Source: Calditrichaceae bacterium
Lineage (GTDB): Bacteria > Calditrichota > Calditrichia > Calditrichales > JBFXGD01
Assembly (NCBI GenBank): GCA_050178385.1
Contig: JBFXGD010000006.1
Span: 1 to 48,216 of the forward strand
Direction: 5' to 3'
Length of the DNA: 48,216 bases
Position 1 is the first letter of the stretch; every line of letters starts with the position of its first letter. Both the position numbers and the translations under genes were made by a program. The notes beneath the pieces were generated by a model that worked only from the letters and a program-made list of their open reading frames with translations, did no database searches and was not told the DNA's origin. Shown one piece after another: positions 36,642-45,813 of the stretch.

Positions 36642-38657
36642 ATGAAAAGAACATGCTATATTCTGATTTTTATTCTCAGCGCGGGGGTTTTATTCGCAAA
36701 TCCCTCGTCAAACACTGATTTGCATTTTAAATTTCTCCAGCCGGAATCATTCCATCCGCGTGTAGAGCAGCTGACAACGCACCTGCTGATGAGAAATCAT
36801 TATAAAAAAACAGCGCTTGATGATTCGCTGTCTTCTAAAATATTTGATGAATACATCAAAACTCTTGACTTTAACCGAAGTCATTTTCTCGCTTCGGATA
36901 TCGAAAAATTTGAAAAATACCGGTATCTTTTTGACGATTTTCTTCAGGACGGAAATCTTGATGTGGCCTTCGAAATTTTTAATCAATTTCAGATACGATT
37001 AGATAACCGGATGGAATACGCGATTAAACGTCTGCATGAAAATTTTGATTTTACCATTGACGAAGATTATTATCCCGACCGCGAAAATGCTCCCTGGGCC
37101 ACGACCGAGGATCAGCTTAATAAAATATGGGACATGAGATTAAAATCGGAAGCGCTCAATTTAAAATTAACCGGCAAGGAATGGGATTCGATCGTCGAAA
37201 TCCTTGAAAAAAGATATAAAAATATCCAGAACATGTTGAGTAAATATCAAAGCGAAGATGTGTTTCAGTTGTATATGAATTCCTTTGCGGCAACACTGGA
37301 TCCTCATACCAATTATTTTTCACCAAAAGCAAGCGATGATTTTAAGATTCAGATGAGTCTCTCTTTGGAGGGAATAGGCGCTGTTCTAAGGAATGATAAT
37401 GACTATACCCAGGTTGTTGAAATCGTCCCCGGAGGACCGGCGGACAAAACCGGCCGGCTCCACCCGAATGACCGGATTACGGGAGTCGCCCAGGATACAG
37501 ACGGTGAAATGGTGGATGTGATCGGTTGGCGCGTTGATGATGTGGTCCAGCTTATTCGCGGACCAAAGGCATCAACAGTACGACTCCAGGTTCTGCCTGT
37601 CGATGCCGATCCGCATGCTCCGCCAATCACGATTAAAATCGTACGCGATAAAATCAAACTTGAAGACCGCGCCGCAAAAAGCGATACATTGGAATTAATG
37701 CACAATGGGAAACCTTTCCGGCTGGGAATTATAGATGTTCCCGCATTTTATTTCGACTACGAAGCTCAGCAGCGGGGAGACAAATCTTACAAAAGCACTA
37801 CCCGTGATGTTGAGCGTCTGATAAAGGACCTTAAGCTTGCAGGTATCGACGGATTAATTATAGATCTGAGAAAAAACGGGGGCGGGTTTTTGAGTGAGGC
37901 AGTAGAATTAAGCGGATTATTTATTAAGGACGGCCCTGTCGTTCAGGTACGCGATTCAGGTGGAATGGTAAAGGTTGAAAGGGATACTGATCCTGAGATT
38001 GCCTATGACGGCCCTTTGGCGGTAATCGTCGATCAATTCAGCGCGTCCGCTTCTGAGATTTTTGCAGCGGCGATTCAGGATTACGGCCGCGGAATTGTTT
38101 TGGGGAGCCAGACTTTTGGTAAGGGAACCGTTCAGAACGCTATCGATCTAAACCGGTTTTTCCCCCACAGCACAACAAAATACGGACAATTAAAGCTTAC
38201 AATCGCAAAATTCTACCGGATTAATGGCGGAAGTACGCAGCATATCGGTGTGTTACCGGATATTACACTCCCAAGCCGATATAAACATGAGGAAATCGGT
38301 GAAAGTTCTCAGCAGAATGCCCTGCTATGGGATAAAATAGCTCCTGTGACTTTTCGCGCTTATAATTCTCACATTGCTTCATTATTGCCCGACCTGAAAA
38401 GGAAACACCAAATCAGAATATCCGGCAACCCAGATTTCAAAAATTTTATGGATGAGATAGAGAGATATAAGAAGAAACGCGAACAAAATTCTGTATCTTT
38501 ACTGGAATCCAGGAGATTAAAAGAGTTGGAAGAAACAAAAACCGATAAGAATTCTGCCGAGGATGATGAGGATTTACCTCAGGAGAAAAAAGACCTGATT
38601 CTTTTTGAGTCAGCGCATATTCTAAGTGACTTTATATTGCTTTCTCATACCAATTAA
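36642..38657 (+). CDS. prc: Carboxy-terminal processing (tail-specific) protease, S41 family
   Basis: DPHTNYFSP, SLEGIGAVL (PDZ), IIDLRKNGGG, SASASEIFAAAIQDYGR, TFGKGTVQ and KFYRINGGSTQ. Confidence 0.95.
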   Translation: MKRTCYILIFILSAGVLFANPSSNTDLHFKFLQPESFHPRVEQLTTHLLMRNHYKKTALDDSLSSKIFDEYIKTLDFNRSHFLASDIEKFEKYRYLFDDFLQDGNLDVAFEIFNQFQIRLDNRMEYAIKRLHENFDFTIDEDYYPDRENAPWATTEDQLNKIWDMRLKSEALNLKLTGKEWDSIVEILEKRYKNIQNMLSKYQSEDVFQLYMNSFAATLDPHTNYFSPKASDDFKIQMSLSLEGIGAVLRNDNDYTQVVEIVPGGPADKTGRLHPNDRITGVAQDTDGEMVDVIGWRVDDVVQLIRGPKASTVRLQVLPVDADPHAPPITIKIVRDKIKLEDRAAKSDTLELMHNGKPFRLGIIDVPAFYFDYEAQQRGDKSYKSTTRDVERLIKDLKLAGIDGLIIDLRKNGGGFLSEAVELSGLFIKDGPVVQVRDSGGMVKVERDTDPEIAYDGPLAVIVDQFSASASEIFAAAIQDYGRGIVLGSQTFGKGTVQNAIDLNRFFPHSTTKYGQLKLTIAKFYRINGGSTQHIGVLPDITLPSRYKHEEIGESSQQNALLWDKIAPVTFRAYNSHIASLLPDLKRKHQIRISGNPDFKNFMDEIERYKKKREQNSVSLLESRRLKELEETKTDKNSAEDDEDLPQEKKDLILFESAHILSDFILLSHTN

Positions 38658-38661
38658 TGAT

Positions 38662-38692
38662 AAAAACCGCTGAATCTTCAGCGGTTTTTTTT
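38662..38692. terminator. Bidirectional intrinsic terminator
   Basis: AAAAACCGCTGA-ATCT-TCAGCGGTTTTTTTT between convergent prc and ogt. Confidence 0.88.
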
Positions 38693-38699
38693 GTTCTTT

Positions 38700-39173
38700 T
38701 CAAATCAGAATGGCTTTTTCATGCCGGAGAAGCCATTCTTTACGATGGATGCCGCCGGCGTATCCAATTAATCTTCCGTCTGTTCCGATCACACGGTGAC
38801 AGGGAATGATGATTGCTATAGGATTTTTTTTATTTGCCAGTCCCACCGCGCGGACTGCCCCCTTATCTCCTAAACGCAGAGCAATATCTGAATATGATAC
38901 CGTCTTTCCGTATGGGATTTCTGATAATTTTTCCCACACCCTCTTTTGAAACGGCGTTCCCCGCGGATCCAAATCCAAATCAAAATCATGACGCATACCT
39001 GAAAAATATTGATTCAATTGATCAATCGTTTTTTCAATGATCCGGTTTGATTTAGCCGGTTCCGGCTTCGTCGTGGCATTGACGAAATCAAGGCTGACCA
39101 ATGCGTCTTCCGATGCTGTTATTTTTAGGATACCGATCTCTGACTGATAATAAGCTGAATATAAATTATCCAT
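38700..39173 (-). CDS. ogt: Methylated-DNA-protein-cysteine S-methyltransferase
   Basis: GTPFQKRVW, IPYGKTVSY, RAVG, IIPCHRVIG and LLRHE. Confidence 0.95.
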   Translation of the reverse strand: MDNLYSAYYQSEIGILKITASEDALVSLDFVNATTKPEPAKSNRIIEKTIDQLNQYFSGMRHDFDLDLDPRGTPFQKRVWEKLSEIPYGKTVSYSDIALRLGDKGAVRAVGLANKKNPIAIIIPCHRVIGTDGRLIGYAGGIHRKEWLLRHEKAILI

Positions 39174-39203
39174 GGCGTGCAATATACCGGTTTTTAAAAT
39201 TTA

Positions 39204-40493
39204 TTACGATTCTTTTCTTTCAATTTCTCTGATTTTAAAATATATCGCGACAACCAGCAAGGTGATTACAGCGGTCGCGAATCCCAATCCCATTCTTCTT
39301 GTTTTACTTTCCTTTATCTCTGAATCCGCTAGAATAATGGCATCCCGGGATTTCTTAATTCCCTCTCCTGTTTTCAAACCTATACGGCCCGGATCAAATG
39401 TATGGACCAATGTTCTGGCTTCGATGAGATTCTGATGCGCTTCCTGAAGAAGGAAAGATATATCCACATCATCCATACCAATTTTTTGAACTTCTCGCAT
39501 TTTTGACTCAGCCGAATCATAAGCGCTTGTTGTATGGGTGAGGTGTTCATGAATTTTTTGAGCTGATATGTACCCAGCATCTCCCTTTGTATGGCAATTA
39601 ACGCAAACAGAACCGGCTCCGACACCCGCCATGGCATCCGACGTTTTTTCGATTTTATGATTTCCGTGGCATTCCTCACAGGCATGAAGCTGCAGATTTT
39701 CAAACTCCGCGGCCATTTTTGTTGAAGAAAAGTACTGCATGTTATTTACATGACATAGCCCGCAAACATGGCTGATTGAGGAAATACCCGGCGGCATGGC
39801 GCCATGATTACCATGACAGTCATTACATGCCGGCGCCCCTGTATCCTGATTTTCCAAAAGCGCTTTACCATGAACGCTGCCTGCAAATTCATCATACTGA
39901 TTTACCGGAATTTTATATTCCTTCATGTAATTTTCATCACCATGGCATTTTTTACAGGTCCCCGGAACATTCAGCGCGTAAACCCAGGAACGGGAATCAT
40001 CAACCGCAAAAATGGAATGAGCGCTGTGACAGCTTACACAATCAGCAACCTTTTTGTCACCCTTCTTTAGCTTTTGACCATGGACGCTTGTATAATATTG
40101 CGCTTCCTGTTCCGTGGGACTCTGCGGTTTATATTTTCTCATAAATTTTATTTCTGAATGACATTTTCCGCAAAAACCCGGAATGTCTCTTTTGTCAGGG
40201 ACTCCCCGATATCCGGCTTTTGTTGACATCGCCTCGTCCATATCATCTTTTGACGCATCCCCACCGTGACATCCGGAACAGGATAATCCCGATTGAAGGT
40301 GAATATCTTTCAAATTATAATCTTCCGGCAGGACTTCTGATTCAATATGACATTTAATGCACTGATCATCACTTATCCTCAGCGAAACATCCTGAGTGTA
40401 TAAATCCTGACTCATCAGAACTGTTAAAAATATCAGAAAACATAGACAATTAAGGACTCGTTTATTAAAAAAATGCATCGTCGCACTCCTCAT
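39204..40493 (-). CDS. Nonaheme cytochrome c with C-terminal membrane anchor (c subunit of the Rieske/cytochrome b complex)
   Basis: Nine CxxCH motifs (CIKCH, CSGCH, CGKCH, CVSCH, CKKCH, CNDCH, CGLCH, CEECH, CVNCH); signal peptide; C-terminal TM; ATGA overlap with cytochrome b. Confidence 0.92.
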   Translation of the reverse strand: MRSATMHFFNKRVLNCLCFLIFLTVLMSQDLYTQDVSLRISDDQCIKCHIESEVLPEDYNLKDIHLQSGLSCSGCHGGDASKDDMDEAMSTKAGYRGVPDKRDIPGFCGKCHSEIKFMRKYKPQSPTEQEAQYYTSVHGQKLKKGDKKVADCVSCHSAHSIFAVDDSRSWVYALNVPGTCKKCHGDENYMKEYKIPVNQYDEFAGSVHGKALLENQDTGAPACNDCHGNHGAMPPGISSISHVCGLCHVNNMQYFSSTKMAAEFENLQLHACEECHGNHKIEKTSDAMAGVGAGSVCVNCHTKGDAGYISAQKIHEHLTHTTSAYDSAESKMREVQKIGMDDVDISFLLQEAHQNLIEARTLVHTFDPGRIGLKTGEGIKKSRDAIILADSEIKESKTRRMGLGFATAVITLLVVAIYFKIREIERKES

Positions 40494-41572
40494 ACTAAAT
40501 AACCGTATATGGTCAGGGAGATAATATAGATGATCGCCGTAACACCGATTGTCATGATTATTCTGCGGTGCTTTTTCGAATCAGATGAGAATCCAAAAAA
40601 TGGCAGCAATAACCAGATCAATGCTATGATGGCAAAAAACATGACTCCAACGATTTCCCCCTCAATAAACCAGATATGTCCCGGCAAAACCTTTAAGGTT
40701 TGAAACATAAACATAAAATACCACTCCGGTCGTATCCCTTCCGGCGCGGACGCGAAAGCATCAGCCTTCTGACCAAGTTCCCACGGGAAAAAAACAGCAA
40801 GAAATAGAAGAATATCCAGAACAACTAACCATAATAAGGCGTCTCTCAGAAAAAAATTCGGAAAGAAAGCGATGGTTTTTTTATTAGAATCAGGCAGATT
40901 CCGGTAATAATCCGGTTCATGCATACCCTGTCTTTGTACAAATAAAAGATGAATACCAAGAAAAATGGTAAAAATCGCCGGTATCAAAGCAACATGAAAA
41001 CCATAGAAGCGCAGAAGGGTCGCCCCGGTTACGTCCTCTCCGCCGCGTAAAACGATTTTTGCGGCATTGCCGATAACCGGCATGGCTCCGACGATATCTG
41101 TTCCAACTTTTGTCGCGAAAAATGCCAGTTCATTCCATGGCAGCAGATATCCGCTGAACCCAAATCCCATCACCAGAATCAGCATTATAAAACCCGTCAC
41201 CCATGTCAACTCGCGGGGCTTTTGGAAAGCGCCAGTAAAAAAGGTACTGAACATGTGAATAAATACAAAAAGAACCATCAGATTTGCCGACCAGCTGTGT
41301 ATCGATCTCACCAGCCAGCCGAAATTAACCTTTATCATTAAAAATCTCACACTCTCAAACGCGCTGTCAACGCCCGGCTGATAATATAGCAGCAGCAATA
41401 TCCCTGAAAATACCTGCACAATAAACAAAAAGAGTGATACGCCTCCCATATAGTACCAGATACTATGACGGTGAACTGGCACCCGTTTGTGTTTCATATA
41501 ATCCACAAGCGGACTCAGAGTGAATCGCTCATCCAGCCATTTAAATACACTTTTTGTATTTTTATTTCCCAT
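40490..41572 (-). CDS. petB: Cytochrome b of a Rieske/cytochrome b complex (b6-like domain fused to subunit IV)
   Basis: RSIHSWSAN...[25 protein letters not shown]...IH and IRPEWY. Confidence 0.93.
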   Translation of the reverse strand: MGNKNTKSVFKWLDERFTLSPLVDYMKHKRVPVHRHSIWYYMGGVSLFLFIVQVFSGILLLLYYQPGVDSAFESVRFLMIKVNFGWLVRSIHSWSANLMVLFVFIHMFSTFFTGAFQKPRELTWVTGFIMLILVMGFGFSGYLLPWNELAFFATKVGTDIVGAMPVIGNAAKIVLRGGEDVTGATLLRFYGFHVALIPAIFTIFLGIHLLFVQRQGMHEPDYYRNLPDSNKKTIAFFPNFFLRDALLWLVVLDILLFLAVFFPWELGQKADAFASAPEGIRPEWYFMFMFQTLKVLPGHIWFIEGEIVGVMFFAIIALIWLLLPFFGFSSDSKKHRRIIMTIGVTAIIYIISLTIYGYLV

Positions 41573-41573
41573 A

Positions 41574-42011
41574 TCAGCCTGCCTTCGGAGTTGAAATAAC
41601 GATTTCATCCTTGACCAGATTAACGGTCAGTTCGTCCAGCGGCCTTGGAGGCGGCCCGGAAATATTTCTTCCGCGCAAATCATAATGCCCGTTATGACAG
41701 GCGCACCAGATATGTTTTAAATCAGTGCGGTACTGAACAATACAATCAAGATGGGTACATGTTGCGGCGAACGCCCGGAAATCTCCTGACTCAAGACGTA
41801 TAAGAATGACCGGCTTCCTGCCGAATTTGATGATCTTGCTGCTGTTCTTCGGAAATTCAGATATCATTCCCGCCTTTACAGAGTTGACATTCGCCTCCGA
41901 CACCTCCGGCGGTTTGAGATATGAAGTGATCGGGTAAAATATACTGCCCAGCCATGCCAGAAAACTTCCCCCAATCAGCACATTTAAAAACTTTCGTCGG
42001 TCAGTAGCCAT
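41574..42011 (-). CDS. Rieske [2Fe-2S] subunit of a Rieske/cytochrome b complex
   Basis: Tat-like DRRKFL plus [16 protein letters not shown] and GPPPRPL. Confidence 0.94.
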   Translation of the reverse strand: MATDRRKFLNVLIGGSFLAWLGSIFYPITSYLKPPEVSEANVNSVKAGMISEFPKNSSKIIKFGRKPVILIRLESGDFRAFAATCTHLDCIVQYRTDLKHIWCACHNGHYDLRGRNISGPPPRPLDELTVNLVKDEIVISTPKAG

Positions 42012-42147
42012 GATTCTTTCCTTACTGTTATGGATTAACTGACTGTTGATATTATTACCCCGAATTCAGTCCGGCCATTTCCATATTTCACTTTTCCTGT
42101 CATTTCAACCGGCTTATCCTGTTGAGTATATGAATACTATTTTTCTT

Positions 42148-43800
42148 TCAGCTTGTTTTTAACTTTCCCTGCCCCCCTCTTGCCCTGATTCGCGTGTAAA
42201 TAATCGATATGGCAATCAGAACCAGTCCAAGTACTATAAATGAGATAATTCTAAACACGGGCTCAAGTTTTACAATCCCTATGATAAATACATACATAAC
42301 AGTCAGCGCAAGCGTCATCACGGCCATCCAACGGTATTTTCTGTTGTTCAGAATCAGACTCATGACATAGTAGAATATGGCCACAAGCACCCATGATAGA
42401 CTCACAAATCCTGTCGGAACTGTGTGGTAAAGGGCGTATGGGAATATGACAAAGGCCGCGCCCAGATAAGTAATTCTCATTCGTTCAGTCTTAATCTCAA
42501 GGCGATGTCGCTGCCAGTTCATAACTCTCGCGCTTAGAAGCGCTACAAATCCAAAACTGAGGCTGATAGTGCTGAACTCTTCTGCATTTAGTAAATAACC
42601 GAGAAATATCATCAGGTATATGATAAAATTTGCGACAATAATGATCCGGGACCTGAACCAGATAGCGGCAACCACTACAACAAGACTTTGCCAGCACAGC
42701 CAGAGAAAATAATCCGGTTTATCAAACTGTGATATAATGGCCGTGCTCATCGCGGCAAATCCCAGAATCGAGTAAAGAAATGTTGAATACTTACTCTCTT
42801 CTCGCAGCCAGAAAGCCACACCAAGAGACAAGAAAACTAATGTTGCCACAAGGTGATATGCCGGTACGTTCAACTTAATGCCGGCCAGCGTGATCAGAAG
42901 AAACAATGTGTAACATCCGAGACAATTTAAAAAAGTACTCAAAACTAAACGGTCATCTTCTTTTTCATCCCTGCTTCTAAAAATATTACCCATTGCAAAA
43001 ATAACGGCATAAAGTAAAATGAATAATACATTTACAGCCGGTGAATCCACCAGTTCAATTTTATTTCCCATAAAGGGATTATTGATAAACCATATAAAGT
43101 GGGTCAGATATGTAAGAAAAATTCCCCATAGATAGATGCTCTGCCGGTGATGCCTGATTTTATAATAAACCGCGACCGCCGACACTAACACCAGTATGGT
43201 AAAAATTTGAAATGGTTCCTTACTTACAATCGCCGTGATATAACCGAGAGTCAGCCCCATACCCGTAAGAAAAACTGAATCACGTTTTGTCGAAGTTACC
43301 AACACTAACGCCACCACCGCGAGCAGTAAAGCAAGAACAACGGTTTCATTATTAATACCCGGATGTGCGGTAAAAAAGAAGAGACGCAACGTAGAAAAAT
43401 ACAGCAGCACCAAAGCACCGCCAAGAAAGTACTGGGAGATAAACGGAAGGGACTTTCTTGTGTAATGTGAAAATCCGAAAAATCCGGCTACAATAAAATA
43501 GCCAAATATGCTGGGGAGAATAGCTGGCAGGTTTTGATATGGGAAAGTAAGTAAGAACACAATACCCAGCGCCAGAACAATGATACCGATTTTTGCAAAC
43601 CAGAACTGACCGATCTGAAATTCCAGGTTTTCGCTTTCCTCCTCTGACCTGGCATGAATGGCTTCTTCCGACTCAAATATTTCCGCTTCAGAGGAAGGAA
43701 TAGCCAGATATGATTCAATTTTTGTGATCCTGTCTTCCAGACGATCCAACTGTTTTTTGATTCCGGTGAGGCCCGGTGGCCGGCCATTTGGCTGTTCCAT
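42148..43800 (-). CDS. Polytopic membrane protein, DUF2339-like
   Basis: AAGGAG RBS before ATG 43800; short coiled coil, LEFQIGQFWFAKIG, about 17 TM segments and C-terminal RIISFIVLGLVLIAISIIY. Confidence 0.8.
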   Translation of the reverse strand: MEQPNGRPPGLTGIKKQLDRLEDRITKIESYLAIPSSEAEIFESEEAIHARSEEESENLEFQIGQFWFAKIGIIVLALGIVFLLTFPYQNLPAILPSIFGYFIVAGFFGFSHYTRKSLPFISQYFLGGALVLLYFSTLRLFFFTAHPGINNETVVLALLLAVVALVLVTSTKRDSVFLTGMGLTLGYITAIVSKEPFQIFTILVLVSAVAVYYKIRHHRQSIYLWGIFLTYLTHFIWFINNPFMGNKIELVDSPAVNVLFILLYAVIFAMGNIFRSRDEKEDDRLVLSTFLNCLGCYTLFLLITLAGIKLNVPAYHLVATLVFLSLGVAFWLREESKYSTFLYSILGFAAMSTAIISQFDKPDYFLWLCWQSLVVVVAAIWFRSRIIIVANFIIYLMIFLGYLLNAEEFSTISLSFGFVALLSARVMNWQRHRLEIKTERMRITYLGAAFVIFPYALYHTVPTGFVSLSWVLVAIFYYVMSLILNNRKYRWMAVMTLALTVMYVFIIGIVKLEPVFRIISFIVLGLVLIAISIIYTRIRARGGQGKLKTS

Positions 43801-44472
43801 GAGCTTTCTCCTTGAATTTATTTGACAAATTAATACAATTTTCCCATCATAAAACAGCGATGCGGATGGCCGGGGAATCAATTCATCCCCATCTTTGATA
43901 ATTTGATGCCCCTGGAGGGAAGCCGGATTCTCAGCTGCTATTTTCTGTTATTTCTGAACAACGCTTGTCCAAAACATTTCGGAACGCAAAATTAAATAAT
44001 GTCAGTATTCTGAATATAAAAAATCAGATGCCTATGCAGTTGGAATTGGAATTTGAAAAAGTAAAGTAATAGTATTACAGGTTAGCCCTAAACAATTGAA
44101 TCAAATGATTCACAAGAGAAATTGTCTCATTAAGAATCCCCCCCATAATCATAATGTAAGCGAAAATAAACCCATCAAAATTCATAAGAATCGGTTCTTC
44201 TTACGCTTATTAAGATTTTAAACGATTCAACATTGGTTGTCAATAAAAAAATTTATCTCTGGTTTATTGCCGTATTTATACTCAATCAGGCTTCACCAAG
44301 GGTACAAATTAATGAATTCTCCGAATGATTTTCATCCAATTTAATCTGATACAATCTAATAGGTTTTAATATTGAAACTAACTAATTATATGTATAACTT
44401 TAGGCTGAATTTGAAATAAATTTCACTTTAACAATATCAGAGCACCTTATAAACCATCGAAAGGGGTAAATC

Positions 44473-45804
44473 ATGCGTTTTGTAGTATTTCTGGTGGTAT
44501 TTTTGATGACCGGGATCAGCCTGAGCCAGACGGCTCAGAATGATCAATCAAAATATGCGGGAAAATGTATGACCTGCCACAAGGAAAAAACACCCGGTCT
44601 CTACAAACAGTGGTATGAATCGGCTCACGCGCAGCACAACGTCACCTGTATCAGCTGCCACAGTGCCGAAAAAAGCGATGCGGATGCATTCATGCACGAA
44701 GGTGTCCGGATTGCAACGTTAGTGACACCTAAAGACTGCGGCCGTTGCCACGCCAAGGAAGCAAAGGAAGTTCAAAGCTCATATCACGCAACCGCCGGAG
44801 AGATTCTGGATTCTAACGACGCCTATCTCGCCCATGTTGCCGGAGGCGCACCGGTCGCCATTCAGGGATGTGAGAACTGTCATGGTGGAAAAGTAAAAAT
44901 AGACCCGGATTCCCCAAATAAGTTATCAAAGAAAAGCTGGCCTAATTCAGGTATAGGACGAATCAATCCCGATGGTTCAAAAGGATCCTGTAATGCCTGC
45001 CATACACGGCATTCTTTTTCAAAAGCGCAAGCCCGTCAACCGGAAGCCTGTTCTAAATGTCATTTAGGACCGGATCATCCGCAAAAAGAAGTATACGAAG
45101 AATCAAAACACGGAAATGCCTACTATACAAATATTCATAAAATGAATCTTGATTCTGACAAATGGGTTGTCGGAGAAGATTATTACGAAGCTCCCACCTG
45201 CGCGACCTGCCATATGACCGCCGCGCCCGGGATGAAATCCACACATGATGTGGGTGAACGCCTGAGCTGGACCCTGCGTCCGGCAGTCTCCGTCCATAAG
45301 GATAACTGGCAGCAAAAACGCAAGAATATGGGCAAGGTTTGTACATCCTGCCATGGAAACGCCTTTGTGGACGGTCATTTCTATCAATATGATGGTGTTG
45401 TAAGACTTTATAATGAAAAATTTGCCATCCCGGCGACTGAAATCATGAATCTTGTGAGAAAGAATAAACTCCTGGAAAATCCGGCAAGTTTTAGCAACAA
45501 CATTGAATGGACTTACTGGGAAATCTGGCATCATGAAGGCCGCCGCGCCCGTCACGGAGCTGCCATGATGGGTCCCGATTATACATGGTGGCACGGTATG
45601 TATGAAGTGGCCAAACATTTCTACTTCAAACTCATTCCCGAAGCCAGAGAGTTTAAAAACAAAGAGGTTGATGAGTACATCAATAATATGCTTCAAAACG
45701 ATCCAATGCATAAATGGATGCTGACCAATACCGATGAACTGAAAAAAGGCATCAAGTCCGGTAAAATTCAGGAAGTTTATGAAAAATTCTTCGAACAAAA
45801 ATAG
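44473..45804 (+). CDS. Octaheme cytochrome c of the hydroxylamine oxidoreductase (HAO) family, probably reductive type
   Basis: Signal peptide; eight CxxCH motifs; CHTRHSFS, CHLGPDHPQ, SKHG, APTCATCHM and GPDYTWWHG. Confidence 0.9.
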   Translation: MRFVVFLVVFLMTGISLSQTAQNDQSKYAGKCMTCHKEKTPGLYKQWYESAHAQHNVTCISCHSAEKSDADAFMHEGVRIATLVTPKDCGRCHAKEAKEVQSSYHATAGEILDSNDAYLAHVAGGAPVAIQGCENCHGGKVKIDPDSPNKLSKKSWPNSGIGRINPDGSKGSCNACHTRHSFSKAQARQPEACSKCHLGPDHPQKEVYEESKHGNAYYTNIHKMNLDSDKWVVGEDYYEAPTCATCHMTAAPGMKSTHDVGERLSWTLRPAVSVHKDNWQQKRKNMGKVCTSCHGNAFVDGHFYQYDGVVRLYNEKFAIPATEIMNLVRKNKLLENPASFSNNIEWTYWEIWHHEGRRARHGAAMMGPDYTWWHGMYEVAKHFYFKLIPEAREFKNKEVDEYINNMLQNDPMHKWMLTNTDELKKGIKSGKIQEVYEKFFEQK

Positions 45805-45813
45805 AGACGCAAA

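Noticed and set aside
38700..39173. ogt directly downstream of the Rieske/cytochrome b/cytochrome c genes, suggesting a nitrosative DNA-damage link
   Set aside because: ogt is a widespread gene found in many contexts; a single adjacency is not evidence.
43864..43893. GC-rich hairpin (minus strand GGGGATGAATTGATTCCCC) upstream of the DUF2339-like gene, resembling the start of a fluoride riboswitch
   Set aside because: The downstream GCTGATGAC-type pseudoknot segment is absent and the gene context does not fit. It may be an ordinary leader hairpin.
45103..45798. 231-aa antisense ORF inside the HAO-family gene, and the many 60-140 aa ORFs overlapping larger genes
   Set aside because: They lie wholly within well-supported genes on the opposite strand or another frame and have no recognisable motifs; treated as shadow ORFs.
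44473..45804. Reading the HAO-family gene as evidence of ammonia oxidation or anammox
   Set aside because: No amo, cytochrome c554 or hzs genes are in the window, and the cross-link region reads DYTWWHG as in reductive family members.
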